DNA of 64,000 bases from Methyloprofundus sp. GTDB lineage: Bacteria; Pseudomonadota; Gammaproteobacteria; Methylococcales; Methylomonadaceae. Made by a program: the position numbers and the translations under genes. The notes under the pieces are model-generated. The model was not told where the DNA came from and made no database searches. It worked only from the letters and a program-made list of their open reading frames with translations. The stretch spans positions 158,719-222,718 of the forward strand of contig JACUUF010000001.1 of NCBI GenBank assembly GCA_014859465.1, written 5' to 3'. This document shows, one piece after another, positions 30,010 to 42,095 of the stretch. Each line of letters starts with the position of its first letter. The stretch's first letter is position 1.

Positions 30010-30291
30010 ATGACCAGTAAAAAAAATAACACAAGAAATGTTCAAATTATCGACGAGAACAACAAATACTTCTTTTTCAAAAATAAACAATCCGCTTATT
30101 TTGGGTTGAAAAACTTCAAAGGACAAACTGTTGAAATGATTTACCCAGTTTCTAACGAGGAGGTTGTTATTGAAAAGCTAAAAATATCCGAGAATGGAAA
30201 GTCTATTCAAACAATTAACGCAAAAACATCCCCAACCTTCCAGGGTGATGCCCTTACAGATGATATTCAATCCCCTCTTCTTTCGGAATAG
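30010..30291 (+). CDS. Hypothetical protein
   Basis: 93-aa ORF following cheY. Confidence 0.5.
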   Translation: MTSKKNNTRNVQIIDENNKYFFFKNKQSAYFGLKNFKGQTVEMIYPVSNEEVVIEKLKISENGKSIQTINAKTSPTFQGDALTDDIQSPLLSE

Positions 30292-30323
30292 ACGGACTTC
30301 AAGATCGAAGCCCCCTTATTGAC

Positions 30324-31238
30324 TCAGTAACCCCTACCGTTCTTCAATTCTTTCTCACTAAAAAGAAAGTGAGAATAATCAATTTCTTCGAGAATCTTAT
30401 TGTCATCTCTCCATTCAATGTGGCTTTCAACTGGTTTTGACATTTCGCTGCTTAAGCTGTAAATGTAGCTACCTGTTCTTTCATTATAAGGAACTGCTTT
30501 GACCTGTATCTTGTAATTATCACTTACCACCTTGTTTCGAGAATCAACATAATAATAAATAAAGGAATCCCCTTCAAAGCCTTGCCTGTCTCTTGGCTCG
30601 TAACTATATCTTGCACCAAAAGACAAGCCTTTCTTTTCTGCTCTGGGGTCAATCTTTTGAACGATTTTACCGTTTTCAGGCTGATCTATTAAGATCATTC
30701 TAAGTGGATAAGTAATGTCTTTAAAAATCTTACTTTTTAATTCCGGCATAACGAAAATAGGGTTTGAACGACTTCCTACGCGATAGGCTATGCTTGCCAT
30801 TGGCACCCTGTATGGAATCAATCCCGGCTCACCCGTTAATGTATCTATCTGAAATGATACATAAGCCGGCTCGGAGCAGATAATGCCCGAATCTCTATAA
30901 GGCCTTTCCGTACATAATCGATATGAAAACTCATCAACTTGAGCCGGTCTAACGGCATGATAAATAAGATTGGCTGAATTATTCATTTTTGGCTTGATCT
31001 CGCCTTCAGTCTTAATTAAGACGCCAAACTTAGGCTTCTCCATGATTTGAAACTCTAATCCAAGGTCAACTATTGCCGGGGAGATACTGTCATTCTTAAA
31101 CGGATTAAACTCAACCTTTCCGGAGTGTGTTTTATAATTTAAATCATTCAATTTAAATGAAACATCGCCATATCCGCTAGCCCCTAATGGAGTGAGAGCC
31201 ACCATGAAAGCCAGGCCTATATTTTTCTTACTTACCAA
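30324..31238 (-). CDS. Exported protein with Ig/cadherin-like (Big_9-like) repeats
   Basis: Signal peptide; QPENGKI...YSYEP...GFEGDSFIYY motif. Confidence 0.6.
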   Translation of the reverse strand: MVSKKNIGLAFMVALTPLGASGYGDVSFKLNDLNYKTHSGKVEFNPFKNDSISPAIVDLGLEFQIMEKPKFGVLIKTEGEIKPKMNNSANLIYHAVRPAQVDEFSYRLCTERPYRDSGIICSEPAYVSFQIDTLTGEPGLIPYRVPMASIAYRVGSRSNPIFVMPELKSKIFKDITYPLRMILIDQPENGKIVQKIDPRAEKKGLSFGARYSYEPRDRQGFEGDSFIYYYVDSRNKVVSDNYKIQVKAVPYNERTGSYIYSLSSEMSKPVESHIEWRDDNKILEEIDYSHFLFSEKELKNGRGY

Positions 31239-31277
31239 CTTTAATCTCCTTTTAATTATTTAAACTATAGTTACTGT

Positions 31278-31715
31278 ATGATACACTGTTTGCAGTACCA
31301 ATTCCATAACTTGAGAGTCTTTAAATTGAAAATCAATCGGGATATCCATTTAGACATTGAACCTATAATAACCATACCAGAAGAACAGAGTCTTATTATA
31401 TCTTCAAACCCTTTAAGTGATTATGATCTAAAGATTAAAAATGAAAGCCAAAGCCTTATTTTTATAGACATTGTCAATATGTCTCCAGAAAAAAGACTTT
31501 CTATCATTTCAAAATCGGGAGTTAAACCGGTGGGGAATGACTTGATTGTTAACTTAGATGTCTACCCTATTGAAATCCACTTGATGGATTACTCCTTTAT
31601 GTATCAAAGAAGGATTCAACAAGAACTATACCCTATAACCATTTACGAAGGTGCAACATGCTATTTCGTATCTCAAGGAAAGCGATATGAGTGCATAGGT
31701 GACCTGCTTGGATAA
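31278..31715 (+). CDS. Hypothetical protein
   Basis: ORF overlapping the start of the prepilin peptidase gene; start uncertain. Confidence 0.5.
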   Translation: MIHCLQYQFHNLRVFKLKINRDIHLDIEPIITIPEEQSLIISSNPLSDYDLKIKNESQSLIFIDIVNMSPEKRLSIISKSGVKPVGNDLIVNLDVYPIEIHLMDYSFMYQRRIQQELYPITIYEGATCYFVSQGKRYECIGDLLG

Positions 31716-32532
31716 TCTTTTCTTGTGGGTTATTGAGTTCTCAAAAAGCCCATTCTTTTTTACCTTCTTTGTTATATTTTCATTCTTAATGAGCGGATTA
31801 ATCACCGTTATAAGTCATCGACTTCCAAAGGTTGTTCACTTTCAGGTTATACCGGCGCTCACATTTACCTTTAGAGGTCAGTCTAAATGCCCAAAATGCA
31901 GACATAAATTGTCATTGAAGGATGTATTCCCTGTTTTTGGATTTCTCCTAAATAAAGGGAAATGTAATTACTGTCATCAAAAAATCAGCATTCGATACCC
32001 CATAATAGAGCTCCTAGGTGCCATTCCTCCGGTTGCCCTTTTTACAATGTTTAATGGTATTGAATTAATACTTCTACTGGTCTTGTTCTGGATTAGTTAC
32101 ACATTAATAATTATAGACTGGGAAACCTTCTACCTGCCCGACATTCTTGTTTACAGCCTTCTCTTTGTCGGTCTGGCATACAGTGCAACTGGATATGGAC
32201 TTCTAGCGCCGTCTGAATCCATATTAACTATCATCTTCACCTATTTAGGCATACTGACCTTTAAAGTGATAACCATAAGGATAATGAAGAAAGACGCTCT
32301 AGGCGATGGCGATGTAAAGCTCATAGCGGCTCTTTCAGGAATTGTCGGGCCAATCGGCATATTGATGGTACTGTTCCTCTCTTCGCTTCTAAATATATTC
32401 AGCTACTTAATTGAGGCAATATTTAGAAAAGAAAGTCTTAAAGAGCCCAAGCCTTTTGGCCCCTCGATTATTGCCGCTTTTTATCTTGTATTTATTTTTA
32501 GTATTACAGGATTTGAACTCCATTTTTTATAA
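31699..32532 (+). CDS. gspO: Prepilin peptidase (A24A, PilD/GspO)
   Basis: SKCPKC...GKCNYC, IDWETFYLPD, GDGDVKL, PFGP. Confidence 0.92.
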   Translation: MTCLDNLFLWVIEFSKSPFFFTFFVIFSFLMSGLITVISHRLPKVVHFQVIPALTFTFRGQSKCPKCRHKLSLKDVFPVFGFLLNKGKCNYCHQKISIRYPIIELLGAIPPVALFTMFNGIELILLLVLFWISYTLIIIDWETFYLPDILVYSLLFVGLAYSATGYGLLAPSESILTIIFTYLGILTFKVITIRIMKKDALGDGDVKLIAALSGIVGPIGILMVLFLSSLLNIFSYLIEAIFRKESLKEPKPFGPSIIAAFYLVFIFSITGFELHFL

Positions 32533-32587
32533 AAAAGAGTTTTAAACTGTTACAATATAATATATAACAAACATTAGGAAATAAGAT

Positions 32588-34021
32588 ATGATTGGCAACT
32601 TCAAAGACCTTTGTGAAGCTATTCCTGAATCGGGATTGAATGATAGCGTCTATGATTTCATTAACAAGCTTCAACAACCCATAAAAAGAAAAGATGCCGA
32701 AAACTGGCTTAATTTTGCAGCCAGAATGAGGCCTATTGGCGAGAAAGACACGCCAGAGGCAAGAATAGCCCAAATGTGGTGGTTACTTCTCCGACTAAGA
32801 GGGCTTGGTGGGTCAGATATTCATGACGCTATTTCACCCTCTCTCGGCGTGTCTGCTGGCTTTCAAAGTCCCTCGATTATATTCGATCAAAAAAGAATGA
32901 AACTTCCGCCCTTAATGGGCGACGCTAGAATGAGAGCTGGAACACTGCTCGAAAAGGTTGCTCAGTCCATATATCAAATGGACTTTAAGATGGTAACCTG
33001 TGAAGAATCTATGTCAGTTTTTTTAAAGAACTCAGGCAACATTCCGGGATATGAGTTCCTAATAGGCAATCCTGATGATGTAGTTGTTAGTTTGGAAGGT
33101 TTTCCAGGTAAAACCCTCTCTGACTACAAGGCCCCGGCCAATGTTGATGGATCAAATCCTTTATCATACGAGTACCAACTTCATCATTATGATTTGATCT
33201 ATAATAATGGAAATCCTGATGTCAGTATTGGTAAAAAAATGGATGTCTATTACGACCACTCAAAAGGCATTACCGTCCCTATTGAAGTTGATCACGACCC
33301 TGAAAAGGGGCGAAATATTTTAAAGCATGGCTCACTGTTTTGGGATATGGTTTGTAATAAAAATATTGAAAACCTCCCAGAGACTTATGCTTTTAAGGAG
33401 CCGGTTTCTAAAAAATATTTTCATATGGAAAATGTTGATAAGATTCACATGATAGAAATGGAAGCCATGAGAATTTCAGCCTTGGTTGATACTGCAAACA
33501 AAGCGAAGGATGAGTTAAAAGAAATTGCCTCACCGTTAATGGCCGCTCCAGATGGGCTGCTTAACGGAGTAAAAGATAATATTGAAGTATCAATCCTTAG
33601 ACTCACTCAGAAAATCTCAGATGAAGCTGAGCTTTCTTCTATTATATTTGCAAATGGTCAAGACCCTTCTGCACTTATGAAAGCTTCGAGCTACTGGGAT
33701 GATGTAAAACTAAAAGATTTTCTTGAAAAAGCTGGTGCCAAGCCCAGTGATCTTAAAAAGCAAGAGTTTAATGTTGAAAAAGTGGTTCAGTTTCTTCAGG
33801 AAAAAGGAATTAATTACGATCGAATGATAAAGCCTTCGGTTTCTGTTTTTCCCAACTCTAAAAAGAAAACAGTTAAACCCATTCTTGAAGCCACGAAAAT
33901 GGATGCCAGAAGCCTAGTTTCTGACTTTATTAATGGAAAAGAAATTGAATCTATCCCAGAAGTAAAGGATGATGTAAAGGATTCGGCTTTGGATGACGAG
34001 CCTCAGGCATTCTCAATGTAG
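32588..34021 (+). CDS. YqaJ/lambda-exonuclease-like protein with C-terminal extension
   Basis: RLRGLGGSDI, GTLLE, GNPD, DYKAP, YEYQLHHY. Confidence 0.75.
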   Translation: MIGNFKDLCEAIPESGLNDSVYDFINKLQQPIKRKDAENWLNFAARMRPIGEKDTPEARIAQMWWLLLRLRGLGGSDIHDAISPSLGVSAGFQSPSIIFDQKRMKLPPLMGDARMRAGTLLEKVAQSIYQMDFKMVTCEESMSVFLKNSGNIPGYEFLIGNPDDVVVSLEGFPGKTLSDYKAPANVDGSNPLSYEYQLHHYDLIYNNGNPDVSIGKKMDVYYDHSKGITVPIEVDHDPEKGRNILKHGSLFWDMVCNKNIENLPETYAFKEPVSKKYFHMENVDKIHMIEMEAMRISALVDTANKAKDELKEIASPLMAAPDGLLNGVKDNIEVSILRLTQKISDEAELSSIIFANGQDPSALMKASSYWDDVKLKDFLEKAGAKPSDLKKQEFNVEKVVQFLQEKGINYDRMIKPSVSVFPNSKKKTVKPILEATKMDARSLVSDFINGKEIESIPEVKDDVKDSALDDEPQAFSM

Positions 34022-34032
34022 GAGTTAACCTG

Positions 34033-34761
34033 TTGAATACATTAAGTACCAAAATAGAAAAGTCAGTCCGTCAGGGTGAAGTCATCTTCACCTCTTTAAA
34101 TGAGATCTATATTGGGCCTGACTTTCTAGAAGAAAGTATTCCATTAAAGATCGATGAAGCTGACTACGGAATTGCTATTGATTCTTGTCCAAATTTGAAG
34201 TCAATAGCATTTATGCCCGATAAATTCAGCGCCATAGGGAGGCAGCATGGATTTATTGTTCTTGAAAATCTTAAGCATATTAAGGATTCAACACCTCTCC
34301 CCTTGTTTATACCTAAACACCTCCATCTTTCAAAAATGTCCGATGAATTCTTTGAAAATCTTATTGTTTACACGACAGACACCGTCATTGAACACTTTAA
34401 TGGCACAAGCCTTAACGCAAAAATCAACACGAAAACCTTAGCAATAAGAAATGCAATAAACCTAGCTACGCTTGCTGGATTTAGCTGCGAAAAAAGGCTA
34501 AATGTATTTAGGTTGAAAAATGCACCCTTGTTTAGAAGTGCCCAGTCCATTCCCGTTGCTGAAGAAATATACATTGAAGACGCAGGACTGACCGCTCAAG
34601 AAGTGATTGAAAACCTGCCCGACGAAGTGATTAATAACGCCTCCATTATAGAAGTGAAAGTCAATGGTGATCTTGTTCTAAACCTAGAAAACCTAAAAGA
34701 ATCTAAAAGCATATCCAGCTACCGAAAAGATCTCAATGATTCCCTATCGCGCTTCAATTAA
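34033..34761 (+). CDS. LRR-like solenoid hypothetical protein with the shared C-terminal motif
   Basis: Repeats such as IDSCPNLKSI, IRNAINLATL, LKNAPLFRS. Confidence 0.6.
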   Translation: MNTLSTKIEKSVRQGEVIFTSLNEIYIGPDFLEESIPLKIDEADYGIAIDSCPNLKSIAFMPDKFSAIGRQHGFIVLENLKHIKDSTPLPLFIPKHLHLSKMSDEFFENLIVYTTDTVIEHFNGTSLNAKINTKTLAIRNAINLATLAGFSCEKRLNVFRLKNAPLFRSAQSIPVAEEIYIEDAGLTAQEVIENLPDEVINNASIIEVKVNGDLVLNLENLKESKSISSYRKDLNDSLSRFN

Positions 34762-34975
34762 TATCCATTATTAACAAGATCACACACTCTCCCATCTAAA
34801 ATCAAAAAACTTCAATGAAACTGCAAATTAAGCTTGTTTTTGCACGTTATATAACATAGCATATAAGTGTTGCTTATTTTTATATTATGCAGGTAGAGCA
34901 AAACTTCAAAAAGGAGATTGAGACGGCTGAAAAGCGTTCTACCCACTGCCATAGGCAGGTTCTCAACAAATTAAC

Positions 34976-37456
34976 ATGTCAAAGATAATTGAAACCGCTG
35001 TTCGTGACATCATGAATAAGAATTTTTTAAATTATGCAATGAGTGTCATCGTTTCTCGCTCACTTCCAGATGTTCGAGATGGGTTAAAACCCGTTCACAG
35101 AAGAATTCTTTACGCCATGTATGAAGCTGGAAATACTTCGACTAAAGCCTACAAGAAATCAGCCCGAATGGTGGGTGATGTACTAGGTAAATACCATCCA
35201 CATGGAGATTCTAGTGTGTATGAGGCGGCCGTTATTTTAGCCCAGCCTTTTTCAACCAATGTCCCTCTCATTGACGGACAAGGTAACTTTGGCTCCATTG
35301 ATGGCGATAGCGCAGCCGCTATGCGTTATACCGAAATGAGACTTGCCAAAATCTCCGATCAATTCTTTATTGACATCAAAAAAGAAACCGTCAGTTGGAA
35401 TAAAAACTATGACGGATCCGAGATTGAACCATCTGTACTAACCGCTTCCTTTCCAAATCTATTAATGAATGGAACCGAAGGTATTGCTGTTGGCATGGCT
35501 TCAAAGATTTTGCCGCATAATTTTGGAGAAGTCATTGATTTTACCAAAGCCCTCATTGCAAATCCTCAAGCTGAAACAAGAGATCTTTTTGAACTGCTAA
35601 AGGCACCAGACTTCCCTTCTGGCGGTATTATTTATAACATCGAAGGCTTCGTGTCTGCTATTGATACAGGGAAAGGTGCTGTTCGTGTTCGCTCCAAATG
35701 GAAAAGAGAGGCTTCAAAAAGAAGCGTTGACAATATCGTTATCACTGAGATTCCGTTCAAAGTAAATAAAGCAAATCTTATTAGCTCGATTGCTGGACTG
35801 GTTAAGGAAGGTAAGATTGAAGATATTTCAGATATTCGAGATGAGTCATCAGATAAAGATGGTGAGCCGGTCAGAATTGTTATTGAACTAAAGAGAACCG
35901 CCGATCCAGATGTCGTTTATGCCCAGCTTTTAAAGCTAACCGATCTTGATGTTTCATACAGTTATAACTGTACAGTTATTAACGAAGGTCGACCAGAAGT
36001 AATGGGTCTGAAAGCAATGGCCCTTGCATGGATTGCTTTCAGAAAAGAAACCGTCTTGAAGCGATATCTATTTGAGCGTAAAGAGTGGCTGGCTAAGCTT
36101 CATATTTTCGAAGGTTATGAAAAAGCCATTTCAAAAATGGATGAAGTTATTGAGACCATTCGAGCATCAAGCAATGGAACGACAGCTAAAGCTGCGTTAA
36201 TCACATTACTTGATATTGACGAGATTCAAGCTCAAGCCATTCTTGACTTACGGCTACAAAAACTAACCGGTCTTGAGCTTGACAACATAAAGGAAGAGCT
36301 TGATAACATCAGAAAGGCTATTGAAATTCTTAGCTTTAAGATCGACAACCCTTCTGAGATTGAATCTGACATTGTTCTAGAGCTGGATGAGCTTAAATCT
36401 CGTTACGCAAAACCAAGAGTAAGTGAAATTGGACAAGGCATGTCTTTAGTTAATATGGAAGACATGATTGAGCGCGAAGAAGTTCTAATCACCTTAAGTG
36501 AAAGTGGTTACATCAAGCGATTAAAGCAAAACGCTTTAAGTGCTCAAAACCGTGGAACTCGTGGCAAATCTATCATGAAGACTAACAGCGATGACAAGGT
36601 TGCCAACCTATATCAGGTGAACTCCCACGACACATTGCTTGTCTTTGGTCAGAGCGGTCAAGTCTATGGCATAAAGGCCTATCAAATCCCTGAAGCTAAG
36701 CCGACTGACAAAGGTCGTCACATTAAAAACATCATTGAAGGCTTCAATGAAAGCATCAATGCAATTGTAGCCGTAAAAGAAGGTGACGAAGAATCTACCG
36801 TCATGACTGTAACTAAGAAAGGAACAGTGAAGCGTAGCCTTCTTGCCAATTATACAACTGCCACGCGCAAAGGCGGCATTCTAGGGGTAAATATCAAAGA
36901 AGGCGATGAACTTCTTGAAAGCTTCGTTTGTGGTGATAGCGACCATGTCATGCTTGTAAGTAGCAGTGGTCGAGCCGTTCGATTTGAGGCCAGTAAAATC
37001 TCAGTTGTTGGTCGAACTTCTCAAGGTGTCAGAGGTATTAAGCTTGATGATGACCACAACGTCTGTGGTGTTTGTATTATCAAAGACGGAGACACAGATG
37101 ATCTAATGCTAACCGTTAGTGAGAACGGGTTTGGAAAGTTAACTAAATTTTCTGAATTCCCAGTTAAAGGCCGTGCCGGAAAAGGGATGACAGCTTATAA
37201 AACAACTGAAAAGACTGGCTCCATTGCAAAAGCTATTCGCGTCAACCAGGAAGATTTTATTGTCATCTTCGCCTCAAATGGCGTATCGAACAAAATCAAA
37301 GCCGGCGACGTCTCAATTCAAGGTAGAGCAACAAGTGGTGCCAAACTTATGAATATTGAAAAAGGCCATAAGGTTATTGCCGTCACCCGATCTGGCCCTG
37401 AAGACGAAGAAGATCTAGTGGATGAGCAATCTGATACAGATATCATTTCAGAATAA
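34976..37456 (+). CDS. gyrA: DNA gyrase subunit A
   Basis: [23 protein letters not shown] (catalytic Tyr), GyrA-box-like QNRGTRG, C-terminal pinwheel repeats and acidic tail. Confidence 0.95.
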   Translation: MSKIIETAVRDIMNKNFLNYAMSVIVSRSLPDVRDGLKPVHRRILYAMYEAGNTSTKAYKKSARMVGDVLGKYHPHGDSSVYEAAVILAQPFSTNVPLIDGQGNFGSIDGDSAAAMRYTEMRLAKISDQFFIDIKKETVSWNKNYDGSEIEPSVLTASFPNLLMNGTEGIAVGMASKILPHNFGEVIDFTKALIANPQAETRDLFELLKAPDFPSGGIIYNIEGFVSAIDTGKGAVRVRSKWKREASKRSVDNIVITEIPFKVNKANLISSIAGLVKEGKIEDISDIRDESSDKDGEPVRIVIELKRTADPDVVYAQLLKLTDLDVSYSYNCTVINEGRPEVMGLKAMALAWIAFRKETVLKRYLFERKEWLAKLHIFEGYEKAISKMDEVIETIRASSNGTTAKAALITLLDIDEIQAQAILDLRLQKLTGLELDNIKEELDNIRKAIEILSFKIDNPSEIESDIVLELDELKSRYAKPRVSEIGQGMSLVNMEDMIEREEVLITLSESGYIKRLKQNALSAQNRGTRGKSIMKTNSDDKVANLYQVNSHDTLLVFGQSGQVYGIKAYQIPEAKPTDKGRHIKNIIEGFNESINAIVAVKEGDEESTVMTVTKKGTVKRSLLANYTTATRKGGILGVNIKEGDELLESFVCGDSDHVMLVSSSGRAVRFEASKISVVGRTSQGVRGIKLDDDHNVCGVCIIKDGDTDDLMLTVSENGFGKLTKFSEFPVKGRAGKGMTAYKTTEKTGSIAKAIRVNQEDFIVIFASNGVSNKIKAGDVSIQGRATSGAKLMNIEKGHKVIAVTRSGPEDEEDLVDEQSDTDIISE

Positions 37457-39466
<2,010 letters not shown>

Positions 39467-39510
39467 ATCCATTCTAGCGCCCTTCTGGGCGCTCTAAAAG
39501 GAGGTTTTCC

Positions 39511-40068
39511 GTGGAAAGCAGGCCGGATATACAAGGCCCTTCTGCAAAAGAAGCGTTTATTATCGCAATGGCTTTGATTCTTTTTAAAGAAAAGCCAAAC
39601 TTTTGCAGAACAATGGGGCATCGAGAGATCCTTAAAGGAATTCAGTTCACCGGAGCGCCAAAAGGGAGTAAAAAAGAACTTAGCGCTGAAAACTATATTA
39701 AACAAATGAAAGACAGCGGCTGGTCAGGGTTTACTCAAAATTGTGTAGACCTCATGATGATTGTCTTCCATCAAGCCTTATTCATAGGGATAAAAGAATC
39801 TGCGAAACAGTGGGTAAGTCGAAATAAAATCAAACCAACTATTAACGAAGGCACTGAATCTATTTATATCGCAAGATCCTCTGACGGAAAAATACACAAG
39901 GTTGTAAGTGGTCCGGTTGTTTACGATTCTGAACATCTTGACTCTGGATTCTATCTTATAGATCAAAATGAAGGGACAACTAATTCAGACGCAATGACTT
40001 TTATCATTGCTCCATTTGAACATGTCTTCCCGCTGGATAAGATAGAAATTCAAACCTCAGAAAGCTAA
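39511..40068 (+). CDS. Hypothetical protein
   Basis: 185-aa ORF with GGAGG RBS. Confidence 0.7.
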   Translation: MESRPDIQGPSAKEAFIIAMALILFKEKPNFCRTMGHREILKGIQFTGAPKGSKKELSAENYIKQMKDSGWSGFTQNCVDLMMIVFHQALFIGIKESAKQWVSRNKIKPTINEGTESIYIARSSDGKIHKVVSGPVVYDSEHLDSGFYLIDQNEGTTNSDAMTFIIAPFEHVFPLDKIEIQTSES

Positions 40069-40088
40069 AAGCTGACAGCCCGGGATCG

Positions 40089-41168
40089 CTAGCCGCTTCT
40101 GGGCATCACTTCAAAATCTAAGTCATTCATCACTTCATTACGATAATCATCAACCTTAGCTGATTCTAAAAAGCAATTTTTAATATTTTCATAATGCAAG
40201 AAATCAAAATTGTCATCATCATCAAAATAGCCAGACAAGTGCGACTTATAAACGTAAAGATATACCGAATCAAGGGTTCCTTGGTCATCTGATATATAAG
40301 TTAAACAAACCTCAGCCTCGAGATTATCATAATTATTCATCCTCCCTCGACCATCCGGCCTCAAGTCCTCTTTCGTTTGCTCAATCAGAATTTCGTCTAT
40401 TTTTGATTCACCTAACTCATGATTTAATACTGATTTCAGAATTTCAGTATCACCAAATCTCCATTTGAACTCCTCAACAGGATCATCTAAATCATCAGCC
40501 AGGGCAACAATTCTCTTCTCTGCATAATCATCTATTTCACTCTCAATAAGATCCTTTTGAGACTGGATATGATTAGTCTTTCTTTCTTCATAAAGACTTT
40601 GCGCTTCCTCAAACTCTTCATCTGTTAATGATTCATATTCCTCATCATCCCGATCAGGCTCAGCTTCAATATTATCAAAATCTTCTATTGGCTCCATATA
40701 GTTTTCAGCACATAGCGTTTCATGAAGCTCATTAATATAAAGATCCTCATCAGAAGAATCACTTTCTTTCATTTGAGCATGTATATCTTCATAATCCTCT
40801 CTAAACCAATCTCTGAGCGCCTGCTCTATCTCGGAATTTCCAGATTGAATAGCTCTGTTCAATGATTCAGGAAAACCCTCTCTACAAGGCTTAATCACTT
40901 CTTTATAAAGAGACTCAGCATAACGATCAAAAGCCTTATCAGCTTGTTCATCTGTCATGACGGTATAGTCCTCTCCATCAATCCATATAACACCCTCATG
41001 ACCAGAGGATAAGTCAACATCCAGAAGTTCCAGATCACCTTTCGTTTTTACATTAGAGAAGTATTCACCTGACTGAAGCACCGCCGAAAGCAAAGGGTGA
41101 AGCTCCAAGAAATTAATAGGCTGATCTTCATCTTCTTCAATCGGATTGTTTACAAATTCATCAGACAT
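40089..41168 (-). CDS. Highly acidic hypothetical protein, paralog of 41177..41995, carries the shared C-terminal motif
   Basis: D/E-rich; YTVMTDEQADKA and GRGRMNNYD blocks are shared with the neighbour. Confidence 0.8.
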   Translation of the reverse strand: MSDEFVNNPIEEDEDQPINFLELHPLLSAVLQSGEYFSNVKTKGDLELLDVDLSSGHEGVIWIDGEDYTVMTDEQADKAFDRYAESLYKEVIKPCREGFPESLNRAIQSGNSEIEQALRDWFREDYEDIHAQMKESDSSDEDLYINELHETLCAENYMEPIEDFDNIEAEPDRDDEEYESLTDEEFEEAQSLYEERKTNHIQSQKDLIESEIDDYAEKRIVALADDLDDPVEEFKWRFGDTEILKSVLNHELGESKIDEILIEQTKEDLRPDGRGRMNNYDNLEAEVCLTYISDDQGTLDSVYLYVYKSHLSGYFDDDDNFDFLHYENIKNCFLESAKVDDYRNEVMNDLDFEVMPRSG

Positions 41169-41176
41169 AATAAACC

Positions 41177-41995
41177 TTACACCTCTATTGTATTTTTTGA
41201 ATCATTTAATTCGCTTGCAATATCACTGCAATAATCACCAATGGCATTTTTTTCTTCAAAAGCATTTTTAATCGATTCAAGCCTATTAAAATCAATAGAA
41301 TCATCTACGCTATAGCATTCAATAAAGACAAAAACGTCCATCTCTTCTTTACTACCGTCTGTATCCGATATGTATTCAAAAGAGGTATAATGCTCTTTCC
41401 CATCATAAGAGCTTATCGTTCCGCGCTCACCACCTGACCGAGCAATTTCTTCTTCAAATATAAAATCTTTAATGATGCTTTCAGCTTTTTCTTTTGTAAG
41501 TGAGTCATACAGTAAGTCTAAAACCTCTTCATGATCAAATATTATTTTTGATTTCTCATACAGCTTTTGATGAGATATAAATTCAATATCATCTTCTGTT
41601 TTGAAGTATCGAGCCGATTTCCCACCATTGTGAAAATCTTCCAATAAAGCCTTAATTAGAACATCTGACAATTCACCAGAAGAAGAAATTGCACCACCTA
41701 AAAAGCTTTCATGAAGCTCAGGCGGTAGATCATCGTACTGATCATCAATATGGCTTTTCAAAGCCTTATTAGCTTGCTCATTATTTAAGACATAATATCC
41801 GACATGATCTATCTCCAGATAACCTTGAATCAGCGGATCATAATCAATATTCAAAGCTCCATACTGCTCCCAGGTTTTTATATGGTCAAAATAGCGACAA
41901 GCTTGAAAAACAGCCTGAACAATTAATGGCAAGCTTTTCCTGTCGAGACTTAAGTCCTCTGATTGATCAATACTCATACCTTCAAATACCTTCAA
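41177..41995 (-). CDS. Acidic hypothetical protein, paralog of 40089..41168, carries the shared C-terminal motif
   Basis: YYVLNNEQANKA and GERGTISSYDG blocks. Confidence 0.8.
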   Translation of the reverse strand: MKVFEGMSIDQSEDLSLDRKSLPLIVQAVFQACRYFDHIKTWEQYGALNIDYDPLIQGYLEIDHVGYYVLNNEQANKALKSHIDDQYDDLPPELHESFLGGAISSSGELSDVLIKALLEDFHNGGKSARYFKTEDDIEFISHQKLYEKSKIIFDHEEVLDLLYDSLTKEKAESIIKDFIFEEEIARSGGERGTISSYDGKEHYTSFEYISDTDGSKEEMDVFVFIECYSVDDSIDFNRLESIKNAFEEKNAIGDYCSDIASELNDSKNTIEV

Positions 41996-42051
41996 ATAAT
42001 ACCTTCATGTATATTATAAAGCACATAGCATGATTCAAGAGACCATGGAGC

Positions 42052-42077
42052 AAAAAAGCCACTCAAAAGAGTGGCTT
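42052..42077 (-). terminator. Intrinsic terminator after the vWA gene
   Basis: AAAAAAGCCACTC-AAAA-GAGTGGCTT. Confidence 0.75.
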
Positions 42078-42095
42078 GACTGCAAGAAAAGTTAA

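Noticed and set aside
35190-35230. Quinolone-resistance allele in gyrA
   Set aside because: [10 protein letters not shown] retains Ser at the 83-equivalent and an acidic residue at the 87-equivalent position.
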